Shown in pieces: positions 47,161-58,585 of a DNA stretch of 64,000 nt (within the stretch, counting starts at the first letter, position 1; each line of letters begins with the position of its first letter). The stretch is from Penicillus capitatus (lineage: Eukaryota > Plantae > Chlorophyta): assembly GCA_965649825.1 (NCBI GenBank), contig OZ287697.1, forward strand, positions 519,535 to 583,534. The letters are read 5' to 3'. The position numbers were made by a program, and so were the translations under genes. Below the pieces are notes generated by a model. That model ran no database searches, was not told the DNA's origin, and was given only the letters and a program-made list of their open reading frames with translations.

Positions 47161-49605
47161 ATGCGAGCAGTTGCCAAGAAACCAAGCACGATACACCATG
47201 GGCACGACAAGAGTGCGATGTTGACCAGATTAATGCAAAACGCCTGTTCAGAAAGATTACAAAACGACGCTGATGTGCGTGAGGTACTAGACACACTCAA
47301 AAGTTTGTGCGGCTGCCATACCTTATCCACCACAAAAAGATCGTTTCCAAAAAGACATGTCGATCCAGTCATCGAAAGTAAAAATACAGATCGCTTCGGA
47401 CGGACGCCACTTCACCGTGCAGCAAGAGATAGAAAGATGAAAGATGTGAAGGTAAATGGCCTTCCCTTGGTCTGCTCTCTGGCAATCTCGGCAGTATTTC
47501 CGCAGAGACAGATCAGACAAGGGGCAGACATCAATGCTCGAGACAAAGATGGATGGACGCCACTTCATATGGCCGCAGCTGGAGGGCACACCGGAATCGT
47601 CAAGGTCCACTCCTGTTCATCATGGCTCTTCTCACTTTCCGAAACACATGCCTAGCTTCTCTTGGCTCACAGGGCTCGTGTCAACGTTGCCGATGACAAC
47701 GGATCGTCGCCGCTTCACGAGGCAGCGCGTCATGGACATACCGACGTCGCAAAGGCGAATCCTGCATCATCGCCTGTCTTCGTTATCGAGTCACAGACGC
47801 CCGCAGGTTCTTCTGCGTTACGGCGCTCGGGTCAACGTCAAGACCGAAGAGAGATGGACGCCACTCCACTTGGCAGTGAGTACGGGAAACGTCGAGATTA
47901 TCAAAGTACACACCGTCTGTATCCATTCCTGTCCAAGCAACGAAGTTAACAGAGACTTCTGCGTCACAATGCCTCGGTCAACGTCGAGACAGACGATAAA
48001 TGGACGCCACTCCACGAAGCTGCGCGTTCTGGAAATACTGAGATCGTCAACGTAACATCTCCGAGGTGACTGGCCTTCTGTGTTAGGGAAATGCAATGTT
48101 AGATTCTTATGGATCACGGCGCCCGTGTCAATGTCTTCGATGAAGACGCATGGGCGCCCCTTCATCTTTCGGCACGTGATGGATATCCCGATATCGTGAC
48201 AGTAAATGCCACATCTACGATGGGTCGCCTTTCCGAGACAGACAATCGTAGGCTCTTTTGGATCACGGCGCTCTGATCGATGTCCTGACGGATGACAAAC
48301 GCACGCCGCTTCATCTTTCGGCGCGTAATGGATACACCACGATTGCGATGGTGCATTGTATGTATGCGTTTTCTCTTTTCGACTGTTTTTGCAGGCTCTT
48401 GTCGATCGCAACGCTTCGATCAACATCTTTGACGAAGACAGATTGACGCCACTTCATGAATCGGTGCATGCCGGGGACGCCGAACTCACTCAGGTGGAGT
48501 CCTTGTGCATGCTCATTCACTCCACTGACCCACCTATGCAGGTCCTCCTGGATCACGGCGCGCTGCCTGACGTGTTTGATATCACTGCTACGGCCCCGCT
48601 ACATGTGGCAACGCTTTTTGGACGCGAAGACATCGCGAAAGTAAACGGACATCTGCGACACCGCCTCGCGCGTAGAGGACGCGTCTTTGCAGATTCTTTT
48701 GGAAAGCGGCGCGTCCGTCAATGTCGCCGATGTGCATGGATGGACGCCACTCTATCTGTCGGCACTCGTCGGCAGCCATTCTGTCGCCGAGGTGAACGCC
48801 AGATTCCGAGCTAACCGAATCCGATCGTCATCCTCAGGCTTTGTTGGATGGCGGTGCATCAGTCGACGTGCAGAATGATGATGGACGGACGCCGCTTCAC
48901 GAAGCAGCGCGATTAGGGAGCACTGAGATCGTCGAGGTGCATTCCTGCTGGAATCCATCCCCCCTGCACAGAGAAATTTGCAGGGGCTCTTGAATCGCAG
49001 TGCAGAGGTGAATATTGTTGACAAAGACGGATTGGCGCCGTTACACGGAGCAGCGTGTTATGGGCGGGCCAAGATTACAAAGGTGCGTTGTGTATTCACG
49101 ACAACGACGGACTCCCCCTTTGCCGACTGGACCATTCCTAGGCTCTTTTGCGCCGCCACGCGTGGGTCAATGTTCAATCGGAGAATGGAACGACGCCACT
49201 GCATCTCTCAGCGCGCCACGGCCGCGACTGGATCGTAAAGGTGCGTTGTGTGTCTGCGTCGTCGATTGGACACGAGACTGGCATTCATAGATGCTCCTGC
49301 GTCGGGGAGCTCGGATCAACGTCGCTTTAGAGGACGGATGGACGCCGCTTCATCTTGCGTCGTACGGTGGACATCTCCACGTCGCAAGGGTGTGTGTCGT
49401 GCGTCACAAGCAAGGAGTGATTGATGACTGGTTCTTGTAGATCCTTGTTGCTGCCGGAGCGAACACGACGAGCAAAGAAGATGATGGAAAGATCTCTTTG
49501 GATGTGGTTTGCACCGCAACTGACGCCACGTGTTCAGACGAAGAGCGAGAAGCGCTCATTAGACTACTGACGCCTCGACGCAGAAACTTCCGCATTAGTC
49601 TTTAG
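47161..49605 (+). CDS. Ankyrin repeat protein, 15 exons, 13 internal exons of exactly 99 bp
   Basis: Repeated (L)L..GA.VN..D..G.TPLH.AA..G...IVK units, each bounded by phase-0 introns of ~44-59 nt. Start codon uncertain. Confidence 0.85.
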
Positions 49606-50303
49606 TGTTTGCAAAGGAGTTTGCGACATTTGTTGTTAATGTTGATCGATGGTGGAATCGTCGAGAGAGGCAAGGCATTCATGCCGTTTCGTTTGAGTGA
49701 ATCATTGTGTTAAAACGTTTGAACAGGGGAGAACATTTTTGGACATTATCTTTAAACACACCTCTCTCCTTGCTATGTCTGTGCGCGTGTGCGTTCGATA
49801 CTTTGACAGCACCATGCTATCACAGAAGAAAAGCGAAACTTGATGAATGTAACCTGAAAGCGACAACGTTCGTTCTCATCTTCTGCCTGCAATTCAAAAG
49901 AGATATATGAAATGTCTTTTCGCACAGGAGAACAGAAAACCTGTCATTTCCCGACGCCATCTTAACGTCTGGATTCTTCCGTCAGATCCGATCAGTGAGC
50001 TCCCAAAGCCGCCGACGTCAGAATCTTGTCCGAAACAATATGATAGAAGAAGTCTGTTCACAAAGGAAGATATATACTGTTCAGCGCTCTTATTAAATTC
50101 CGGATTCCTTCGTAAAGTGACAACAGATAATCACCTCAAGAAAACTACTAGAACGCATGGTGAGCGAAATGACCGATCTTCGCTTTGGAGCTCCAGCACC
50201 GGACAACCTCTTCATGTTTGAACGATGCGTATTGCCTGTAATGCAATGGGATGTGCATTCGATCGTTCGATGGCGAACCGACAATAAAACAGAAGAATTT
50301 ACA

Positions 50304-50934
50304 TCAGCTCTTAGAAATGACAGATCTCTTGTCACAGGTCTTGGCCACTTCTGCCACCTCTCGCATTCTTGCCAGTTGTCGATTTCCTCGCCAAGGCCAG
50401 ATTGCATCGATACCGTTTCTTCTCGCGTTCATAGTCTTGAGTGACCCAGTCGGGATCCGTTCCATAGTAGGCCGGTGCTCTATATCCATCTTCTCGCCAC
50501 TCAATTTCCCTGCAGCGCTTTTTCCACTTCTCTGCGGCGCGCCCTTTTTCTGACGGTTCGACGTGGTGCTCTTACTTTCGAGGAAGTACTCGAGCAGTGT
50601 TTTTCTAGGAAGAGGCGTGACATCGCCACTCTCTGTCTCACTCTCTGCCACGTTCTCTTCGTCGGTCAATGATTTCGCATCGTCAGACGAGTGAATAAAG
50701 GTTTGGTGCTCGAGGAAATCGCCATTACGGTTAGAAACAAACAACACGTCGCTATTCTTTTCACCCTCAAGAAAAGCGAAGGTGAAGCCGTCTTGCAGAG
50801 AGAACACCAACTGAACGCCCCTTTTCTTCGCCGCCTGTCCACCAGCGGCACACGTCTTTGCAGAAGAAATGCGTTTCGACTACGGCATGGTTTTCTTCGG
50901 CGATGGCAAGTATCTTCTCCATATCGAGATCCAT
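50304..50934 (-). CDS. Hypothetical protein
   Basis: A plausible 43-nt GT-AG intron joins MDLDMEKILAIAEENHAVVETHFFCKD to the 168-aa ORF. No family recognised. Confidence 0.3.
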
Positions 50935-51372
50935 AAAACAGCGTGTATGTAAACAGCGTTTTATTCGATTGTGATGAAATAGCATTAGATGTCACATCAT
51001 CACCATCAAGACCATTCTCTCCTCTGTGCGTTGGATGTGACAGCAACGTGCATCAGCATAGTCTGCAGAGAGAACGTCAAGCTTGTCGTGGACACTGTTC
51101 GACCGGAATGCTGTCAATTTCCAGATAGGCTCTATCGAAGGGCACCACTGGCTATGTAGAATCACGTGCCAGGAATGGGAGTTCCACTCGAAAGCGAAGC
51201 TGCGTCTAGAGAGCAGAGGGAATAAAGTTGATGATCGAGTCTGTGGTTGTTTTCTGCCTTTTCATTACTCGATACCAAGTCTGAGCTTTTTTCGTCTGAT
51301 CTCAGATAAAGCAATGTGACAAAAGACCGGGGTGCTTTACAACAGACAATAATCTATATGTTGCAAAGGGCC

Positions 51373-53207
51373 TCAGAAGCACCCATCGATCCCACAGACT
51401 TCATCCAGATTGTCACGCGTGACAGGAATGGCCCAACGGCCAAGATGTGCTGAGTAATTTGAGCAACGCAGAATGCCGTTGGTTTTCGTTGGCGTTTCAG
51501 GAAAATCGATAATTGTCACTCCTCCGCCCACATGTCTAGACACATACAAGCATGGTTTTCGCACAGCTCTGCATAGCGATATCACGCACCTGAACAGCGA
51601 GAGCGCTCCCATGCCAACATCGAGGCAGTGTCCAAGCAGAGCTGCAATGACGGTCGAGTGAGTCGAGACCACAATGTTTCGTCCATTCGCTAAGTCAACA
51701 AGCCGTTCCCAGGCTTCTCCACACCGTGTCCAGAAATCTTCTCGCCCCTCGGCCGTGGAAGGAATCTCTTGAGAACGAACCTGATGCATTCAGCCTTAGA
51801 GTTACGGTGCAGATGGGTCTCGATGAGGAGACATTCACCTCCTGAATGAGTCTGAGTTCCCATTCTCCTGCGTCCCAGTCCACCAACTCCTTCCATTCAA
51901 CAACCGGCGGCGGATCTTCTCCGTTCAGTGCTTTGAGATCTGCAATCTTTTGAGCTGTAGATTTTGATCGTGCCAGTGGACTGGTGATCACCGTATCAAA
52001 CTGGAAACACAAGACGTTATGGCAGAAACGGCAATACTTGGTGCGTGAGATAGAACATCAAAGTCGAGGAGAAGTTCAGCTGTTTTCTGGCTCTGTACAT
52101 CTCCGAGAAGGCTGATGGGTTCATCTCTCCGTCCAACAATTCGATCTGATGTGCACTGCTCAGAATCTCCATGTCGTACCAAGACAATGCGAGATAGCGC
52201 CTTTCTTCCTGCCCCATCTGTTCCAAAAGGGGAACTGGGAGACTGGAAAGAGTATCAGATACAAAAGCTTGTCCCGTTCATAGAATGACCACCGACCTGA
52301 TTGAGTCGGTCGATCGTGACTCTTGGCGCATCGAAGAGTGACGGCTGAATATCAATCACTGTTGTTGCTGCATTGCTCTGGAGGAATCTTCTGAAGTACG
52401 TCGGTGCCAAACTCGCCGCGCTGAAAATCAAAGCCTAGAGTGGCAGCGATGATCGCCCCGAAATCTTCAGTCCATCCGCATCTACTTGATTCACTGCATT
52501 GTGCGCCACAACAAGGATGCACGATGCATTGGAATGGCTCTGTCCCAGAATCGTTTGCCAGGCCAACGACGCACGATACCACAATTCTCTAGAGTACAAC
52601 GCCATCCACATCCACTCAGCGAAGACAGACGCATCTGATACACGCACCGGACGGGTGCATGCCCATCAATCTCTAGTTCATGTGGACAATTCTGCCAGTC
52701 TTTGTAAATTTCTCCAAATCTCTCTTTGCCTTCGTGTTTGAGAAGACCTTGCAACGAGTAGAGGTCGATCTCTCTGAGCTGCGGCACTTCGATAGAGGGA
52801 TTCTTTCGATCGGACCATATGATCTCAGCCGTTCGTTTCGAACGCGCCAATGGACTGTACATCATCATGTCGAAATTCTCGCCCATGAGCATCTCTCGTG
52901 TGGTATCTGCTTGGGACGAGCCCAACTCCGTCAGCACGGCATGATTGGAGCTTCCTTGAATTCTGCCCTCTGCATTCCACGTGCTTTGACCGTGACGTAC
53001 CAACACGACTCGTTTGGATGAGGTCACACTCGGGAGAGGCAGAGGCTGAATGTCCCGACGGTCTTCGCAATAAGTGAAATCATCGACCCACTTTTCGACT
53101 TCGACGCCTGCAGAAGTACAACGCATACGACTCAGTCGCGAGGGACGGTCTCGTCGAGGACGACAGGTCGGCAGAGCCGTAATGACTCGCCGAATCACCG
53201 AGTCCAT
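51373..53207 (-). CDS. 2-carboxy-D-arabinitol-1-phosphatase-like protein (two phosphoglycerate mutase domains), plastid
   Basis: KRVVLVRHGQSTWNAEGRIQGSS, LREIDLYSLQGLLKHEG, LVVAHNAVNQ. The second domain has MVRHG and VVSTHSTVI. Confidence 0.85.
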
Positions 53208-53235
53208 ACGAGACCTCGTACGACGCTAATGCGCG

Positions 53236-54399
53236 ATGCGGTTGTCGCGACCAAGTGTGCAGCCATCTCTGGCCTGCGGTGTTTCCATAAGACGCCATAG
53301 CCGATCGAGGCATCCCGGCTTCTTTTCCTCTCACTCCACGCACAACGGGGTGGAGATCGACAAAAGGCGATCGTGCCGAATCCTGGCCAGCGACGAAGAA
53401 CTGTCTGTGGCTGAACCTCCGAGAGATGACGACGTAATGCATGAGCTCGGGTGAAAATAGCGTGTAGCTGCTTGGCACGAAGGTGTTGCCAGACAACTTG
53501 GCCGATTCCTTGTTTCAGGCGAGTGAAGCGGCAGTCCTGGCAATAAACAGAGGATCCACCAGATGCATTGTAACACTCGTTGTCTTCATATCTGTCTTCA
53601 TTGTGTGAAGAAATAGGTCGAATTGCTGCTGCCAGAATTCTGGGACCCTGTATCTGGACCGGTGTTCAGTGACGAAGGAGACAACGTGCGTTTTTGGAAG
53701 CTGAGTCGTCGATTTTTGGACAATTTGGCAGAGCAGCTTTCAACGAAACGAATCAAAGCCGTATATCATCGACACTCTTTCATCTCACTCTTTCTGAATT
53801 CCTTTCTGTCTGTCGAACAGCTCTTTCCAGACATGGGAGTGACAGTGATGCTCAAGAATTTGTGGAGAGATGCCAATTTCGAAATCGGATGCCTCAATTC
53901 GAAAGCCATCGTCTTTGAGGACAACGATGTGATGGTTATGGTAGCTCCCGATCCTCCAGGATTTGAAGACTGTCGCAGAATTGTTGCCGAGATGTCAGAA
54001 GACGGATACGTTGTCCTATTCAATCCCAGATTCTTAAGGTCTCCCTCACTGGGATTGCTCTCCAGAGACCGACAGATGCCGGTTGTAGTGGAGATGTCGG
54101 TGTTGGATTGAATGTCCGTCGCATGAGAGACATGTTCTCGCGTGAATTCTTGACAGTCTACTCTTTGAGACCCATCGGCGATTTTGGATCAGTGTTTCGT
54201 AAGTTTCCGGACCCGTGGTTCGTCTTTATTGCCGATGAAGCTTCTCCGGGAAGATACAAAAAGATTGCAGAACGATCTTCGCGCCTATCAGGTCCCTTGG
54301 CGATTCGATGAGCTCTGCGGATGTCTGGTTTTCAGGAGATGTGTTGGACGGCATTCTCCAAAAGCACATGCAGCAGGAGAAGGACGAAGAAAAAAGTGA
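53236..54399 (+). CDS. DUF1995 domain plastid protein
   Basis: Transit-like N-terminus, VLPDNLADSLFQASEA, ELLLPEFWDPVSG, FPDMG, VVLFNPR, YSLRP...VFRKFPDPWFVF. Confidence 0.75.
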
Positions 54400-54699
54400 G
54401 CCAGGATTAGTCGAATCCATCACGCTGCCCATTCGATCATTTCAACGATTTATGAGATCTCTGATGTAATACTGTGATTTCTTTCACGTCGACTTCTCGA
54501 ACTTGGAGAAAGGGTCACCGGAGTTACCGGTGTTCCGACGGGGGTTTCGATGATGCCTCGTGGCGTGGCAGCACAAGTGTGGAAAGAGGTGGTTAAGTGA
54601 ATCAAGGCTCTCGAGCCGTCCGCTGTGCCGCTTACGCCTGTCGAGGAGTTGGATCGCCTCCTTCCCGAATGCCGCACGCTGATAAATTCCAGAAAATTG

Positions 54700-55175
54700 A
54701 ACGCACTAGGCTTTTATCAGATTTTTTGGCGAAACCATGACAGCCGAGCGGGTCTTGGAAGTTGTTCTTCCGCATCTGACCCGAGAGTTTGTCCTGATGT
54801 CTCTGGCTGGCTGTATTTTGGAGGATGCGTCAATCGACGACCTCGCCGAACGATCAAAAGACTCGAAAGGCTATTGAAAATCGCCGGCTCTTCGGCGAAT
54901 GCTTCGGAATACCCGCCCGTGGGCGGGTCACGCGGCAAAGAGTCGATGACGTGCGAGATATGTGGAAGGACGGGGCATGCTGCCTCTCATGTTGGAACAA
55001 ATCGAACAAGCCGAGTGGATTTATATCTGTTGCACCCAAGGCCAATCGTGTTTCGTCGGATGGGGATAGACTGCCGCTTATCTGGGTTGTAGCAACGACT
55101 ACCGATGGAAAGCGGCTGCCCGCGATTATAGACTGCGGTGCACCGATCAGTCCAATGAGAGTTTATATGTGAATT
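54700..55175 (+). pseudogene. LTR retrotransposon gag-protease relic
   Basis: Zinc knuckle CEICGRTGHAA-SC (54952-54992) broken by a 1-nt frameshift. It leads into aspartic protease motif AIIDCGA (GAC at 55131). Boundaries approximate. Confidence 0.6.
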
Positions 55176-55275
55176 GATATTTAAAGCCTTCACTCGGGAG
55201 TCTTAGGGATGTGTATAGGTGACGTTTAGGAATCATTGTGTTTGTGTTAGAAATGGTCCTTCGCAAAAAATGTAA

Positions 55276-55320
55276 ACCTCGCCGGAGGCCGACCTCGTCG
55301 GAGGCCAACCTCGTCGGATG
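55276..55320. repeat. 16-bp tandem repeat x~2.8
   Basis: ACCTCGCCGGAGGCCG / ACCTCGTCGGAGGCCA / ACCTCGTCGGATG. Confidence 0.8.
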
Positions 55321-55720
55321 CGAGTCGAACAAGAAACTACGTGGCAAATAATAACTGACTAACTAAAGACGCATACAACAGAACAGTCCGGTTTAAATAC
55401 CCAGAAATCCCCATGTATCACCTCATCTGTCGTCATTACGTCAGACACGACGACAGCCTTTCGACCGCTCGTCCCCTTGCTGACATCGTGCTATGTTCGA
55501 GGCACGAATCTGGTCCTCGATGGCCCAAAATACTGTTAACATGCTCAAGTGGAACCAAGTTCACAGGAAATTTGTTTGTGCAGATCGCACTCAAATACGG
55601 ACTTATCTTCGAGTGTCGCTGATTGGTATTTGTTGCATTCGCACACTCACGTCGGCGGCGGAAAATCGGTCGAACGAATGCGGATGCCGAACCTTAAACA
55701 CAGATACGATCATCCGGTCC

Positions 55721-55918
55721 TGTCACGCACTCGACGAACGAACGCACGCAGACGCAGGCGACGACGAAGGCGTATTCTACACGAGGACTGACTAACAATG
55801 AATGGTCTGGATTGTATAGGCTGGAGAACGAACCAACAAGTCACATCAAACGACCAAACGCTGTTCTCAGCCTCTCCTTGGTCAGCTGCGCGAAGCTGAG
55901 CACGATGTGACTGTGACA
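55721..55918 (-). mobile_element. Solo LTR (198 bp) related to the TRIM LTR
   Basis: TGTCAC...GTGACA termini and 5-bp TSD GGTCC (55716-55720 and 55919-55923). Shares GACGACGAAGGCGTAT, ACAATGA and CAGCTGCNCGAAG with the TRIM LTR in the same order. Strand inferred from the TRIM. Confidence 0.85.
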
Positions 55919-56330
55919 GGTCCACAGATCTATAATATCCATAATCGAAATCATCTTTAAGCCGACAGTGCTGCTGTATGTGAAAGGAATCCAGGCTTGT
56001 GCGCTAGACAGCACCGCGTCAACAAAGACGACGCATAGTATTTGTTGTGCGCGGCGCGTGGTGGATCGGACGCAGCCGGCGCACATGCGCATTTCGAGAC
56101 AGTGGAGAAAACGGGACGCGTATCAATTAAATTCTGATTGCCGATCTGCAGACTCGTCTCTGATCTACAGTCGCTTCATTCCGTCAGTCTTGTCTACGGT
56201 GTGCACAGAACTCACCTGACGAACACCTTTGTCGGACGTTTCGGAGACGGAAGTTATTTGCAGAAAAAGGAGGCGAAGTGGACGTAGCAACGGAAATGAC
56301 AATGTCAAATTAAAATGGCACTTCTCGTCT

Positions 56331-57544
56331 ATGATCATTCAGCCTGCACATTTGCATCGCATCGTAATGATTCGCCTTTCATTTCTGGCCAAGCTTTCGC
56401 GGTTACGTTTTGGCTGTAATCTCACGCAAGACTTGCAGCGGTGTTCTGCACCCTATGTCGTCCCTCGTCTCTTAAGCACGTCGCCCTGCGGCATTCCGCA
56501 ACTGTCCCAACGGTGCCCGTCAGTCGATCGAACCAGACGTACGTCTATTTATCCTTTCCCTTCTCGTAAAGAAACGTTCAGTAATTCCTTCAGCCAAGGG
56601 AAATGAACGAAACGGTTTGGAGATGCACAGAGTGAATGCAACGAGTGAGAATCTAACGAAACACGCGGAATCAGAAGAAAAAAGTGAGAAGACGGTGAGC
56701 GTCATTTTCGATAACGTACAGATTTGCAAAACTTCGGTCCTAGATATTGACATTGCCAACAGTGCTAACGATCGGTCGAGTTTGTGCCATCCCCCTCCTG
56801 GTTACAAGTCAGATAGATACCTTTGCGTCGAAGCTTAATGAAATGCACCCTCATGTCCATCAGGTTTCTACATAGAGCATACGTGGTCACCTGTGGCATG
56901 CACAACCCTGTTCATCACGGCGTCCATTACGGATTGGCTAGATGGCTATCTAGCAAGAAAAACAGTGAGGCGCAGATCAGTTCAGGAGTTGCTGTTAAGA
57001 AGAAACCATTCTGCAGAATACATTCTCAAGTTTTGGCGCTTTTCTGGATCCTGTGGCCGACAAACTCATGGTCGCAGCTGCTCTGATTCTGCTTAGCAGT
57101 TCTCCTGTACCGTATGGATCGCTCGAGGCAAACAGATGGATTCTTCCAGTGCTCTCATTAAGTACTTAGCCTCCATCTCGCTTTCGTGAATGATCTCGCT
57201 GGTTTCATCTAGTTATCATTGGCCGAGAAATCACAATGTCATCTTTGCGTGAATGGGCCGCCAGTGTGAGCAAAGAAGCATACAAAGCTGTCGCCGTCAG
57301 TTCATGGGGAAAAGTGAAAACGGCATCGCAAGTATGTCTCTTGTCCTCTACCTTGTCGCTGAGGGTCTCTGTTTGTTCGATTGCTCAGATGTCGTCTATC
57401 ATCCTCTTGCTGATGGCATCTGATGGCCGGATACCTCACATTGGTTGGCTGACCGACGTAGGTCTGCTGTTGTTATCCGTTGCCGCATACTTGTCGTTGC
57501 ATTCCCTTGCACTGTACTTTAAGGGAATCTGGAAACACCTGTAA
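56331..57544 (+). CDS. PGP1: CDP-diacylglycerol--glycerol-3-phosphate 3-phosphatidyltransferase (PGP synthase)
   Basis: LPTVLTIGRVCAIP, ASITDWLDGYLARK, FGAFLDPVADKLMV, IIGREITMSSLREWAA, VSSWGKVKTASQ. Start uncertain. Confidence 0.9.
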
Positions 57545-57598
57545 TCCAAGACTATTAATCCAACTCACTTTTGTGCGTACAGCATCAAAAAATGTCAT

Positions 57599-58529
57599 TC
57601 AACCAACGACCAGAGTGGAGTCGTCCAGGAACTTGTATTCAGGGACTTCTAGATTATAGGGAGCAGGTCCTTTACGGATACGTCCCGAAGTGTCGTAATG
57701 ACTTCCGTGGCAGGGACAGAACCATCCACCGTAATCTCCTGCATTTGCGATGGGCACACATCCTAGATGTGTACAAACCCCAATAACCACCAGCCACTAA
57801 GTACAGAGAAATCTCGCTCCTCTGTCTGTTAAATTGAAGAATTCGCACTTCGGGATTGGCTGCACGCTCCGAATCGTGCTCTGGGTCTCTTAGCAGTGAA
57901 ACAGTGACATTCTTGGCTTCATTAATCTCTGCTTCGCTCCTTCGACGGATAAAAACAGGCTTTCCTCGCCACTTCAGCGTCACAGCTTGGCCCACTTCGA
58001 TCGCCGAAATGTCCACTTCAAGTGACGACATTGCCAAGACATCTTTCGATGCCTGCATTTTAGAGGTGAAGCGACAGGATCGCCACTGAATACGGTGTCT
58101 ACGGTCATGGAGAGGATGAACTTCAAGACAGCGAGACGGATGGCCGCCGCGTACAGAAAACGGCCGCCAGTCAGCACAAAGTAAGTAAAGGCACGTCGAC
58201 TTGGATCTCCAGGCGTGAAACGCTCGTGGTGATGATCATCGTAACTGCACACCGCGACGAGCCTCGAGTGAGAAGTATTGACGAGGCTTTCTTACGTGAT
58301 GTCGTTTCTTGGGTTCTTTAGCGCCTCGACTGTCGGCGGTGGACCTGTCGACGTCGGCGTGAGCGACGCACAGCCTATCACAACGTCAACAGCGAATGCG
58401 ATGACCAGTGCCTTCTTGACCTTTGGACCAGAGGGAACGAGGATCGAATAGAGTCCACCCCACGGAGGAGGCGGTGTCGGTCGTTACCAAACGAGGAATC
58501 GTCGATTGAAGGCAGCGACGCAGAGCCAT
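57599..58529 (-). CDS. RIP1: Cytochrome bc1 Rieske iron-sulfur subunit, mitochondrial
   Basis: [55 protein letters not shown]. Confidence 0.96.
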
Positions 58530-58585
58530 GAGAATCGCGATGTGGAGATGTGCGTTCGTTCGTCGTCGTTCGTTTGTATCGCACG

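Noticed and set aside
46190-47300. Possible decayed protein kinase upstream of the ankyrin array (LAIDA..MSHLH, KVDV, YEV..RHPF, RLMQ..EVLDTL)
   Set aside because: Motifs are weak, in different frames and wrongly spaced, with no HRD or DFG. Needs a frameshift-aware HMM search.
50330-50407. zf-CW-like NWQECERWQKW
   Set aside because: Second Cys missing, downstream W/C residues absent, and it is in an alternative frame to the longer ORF.
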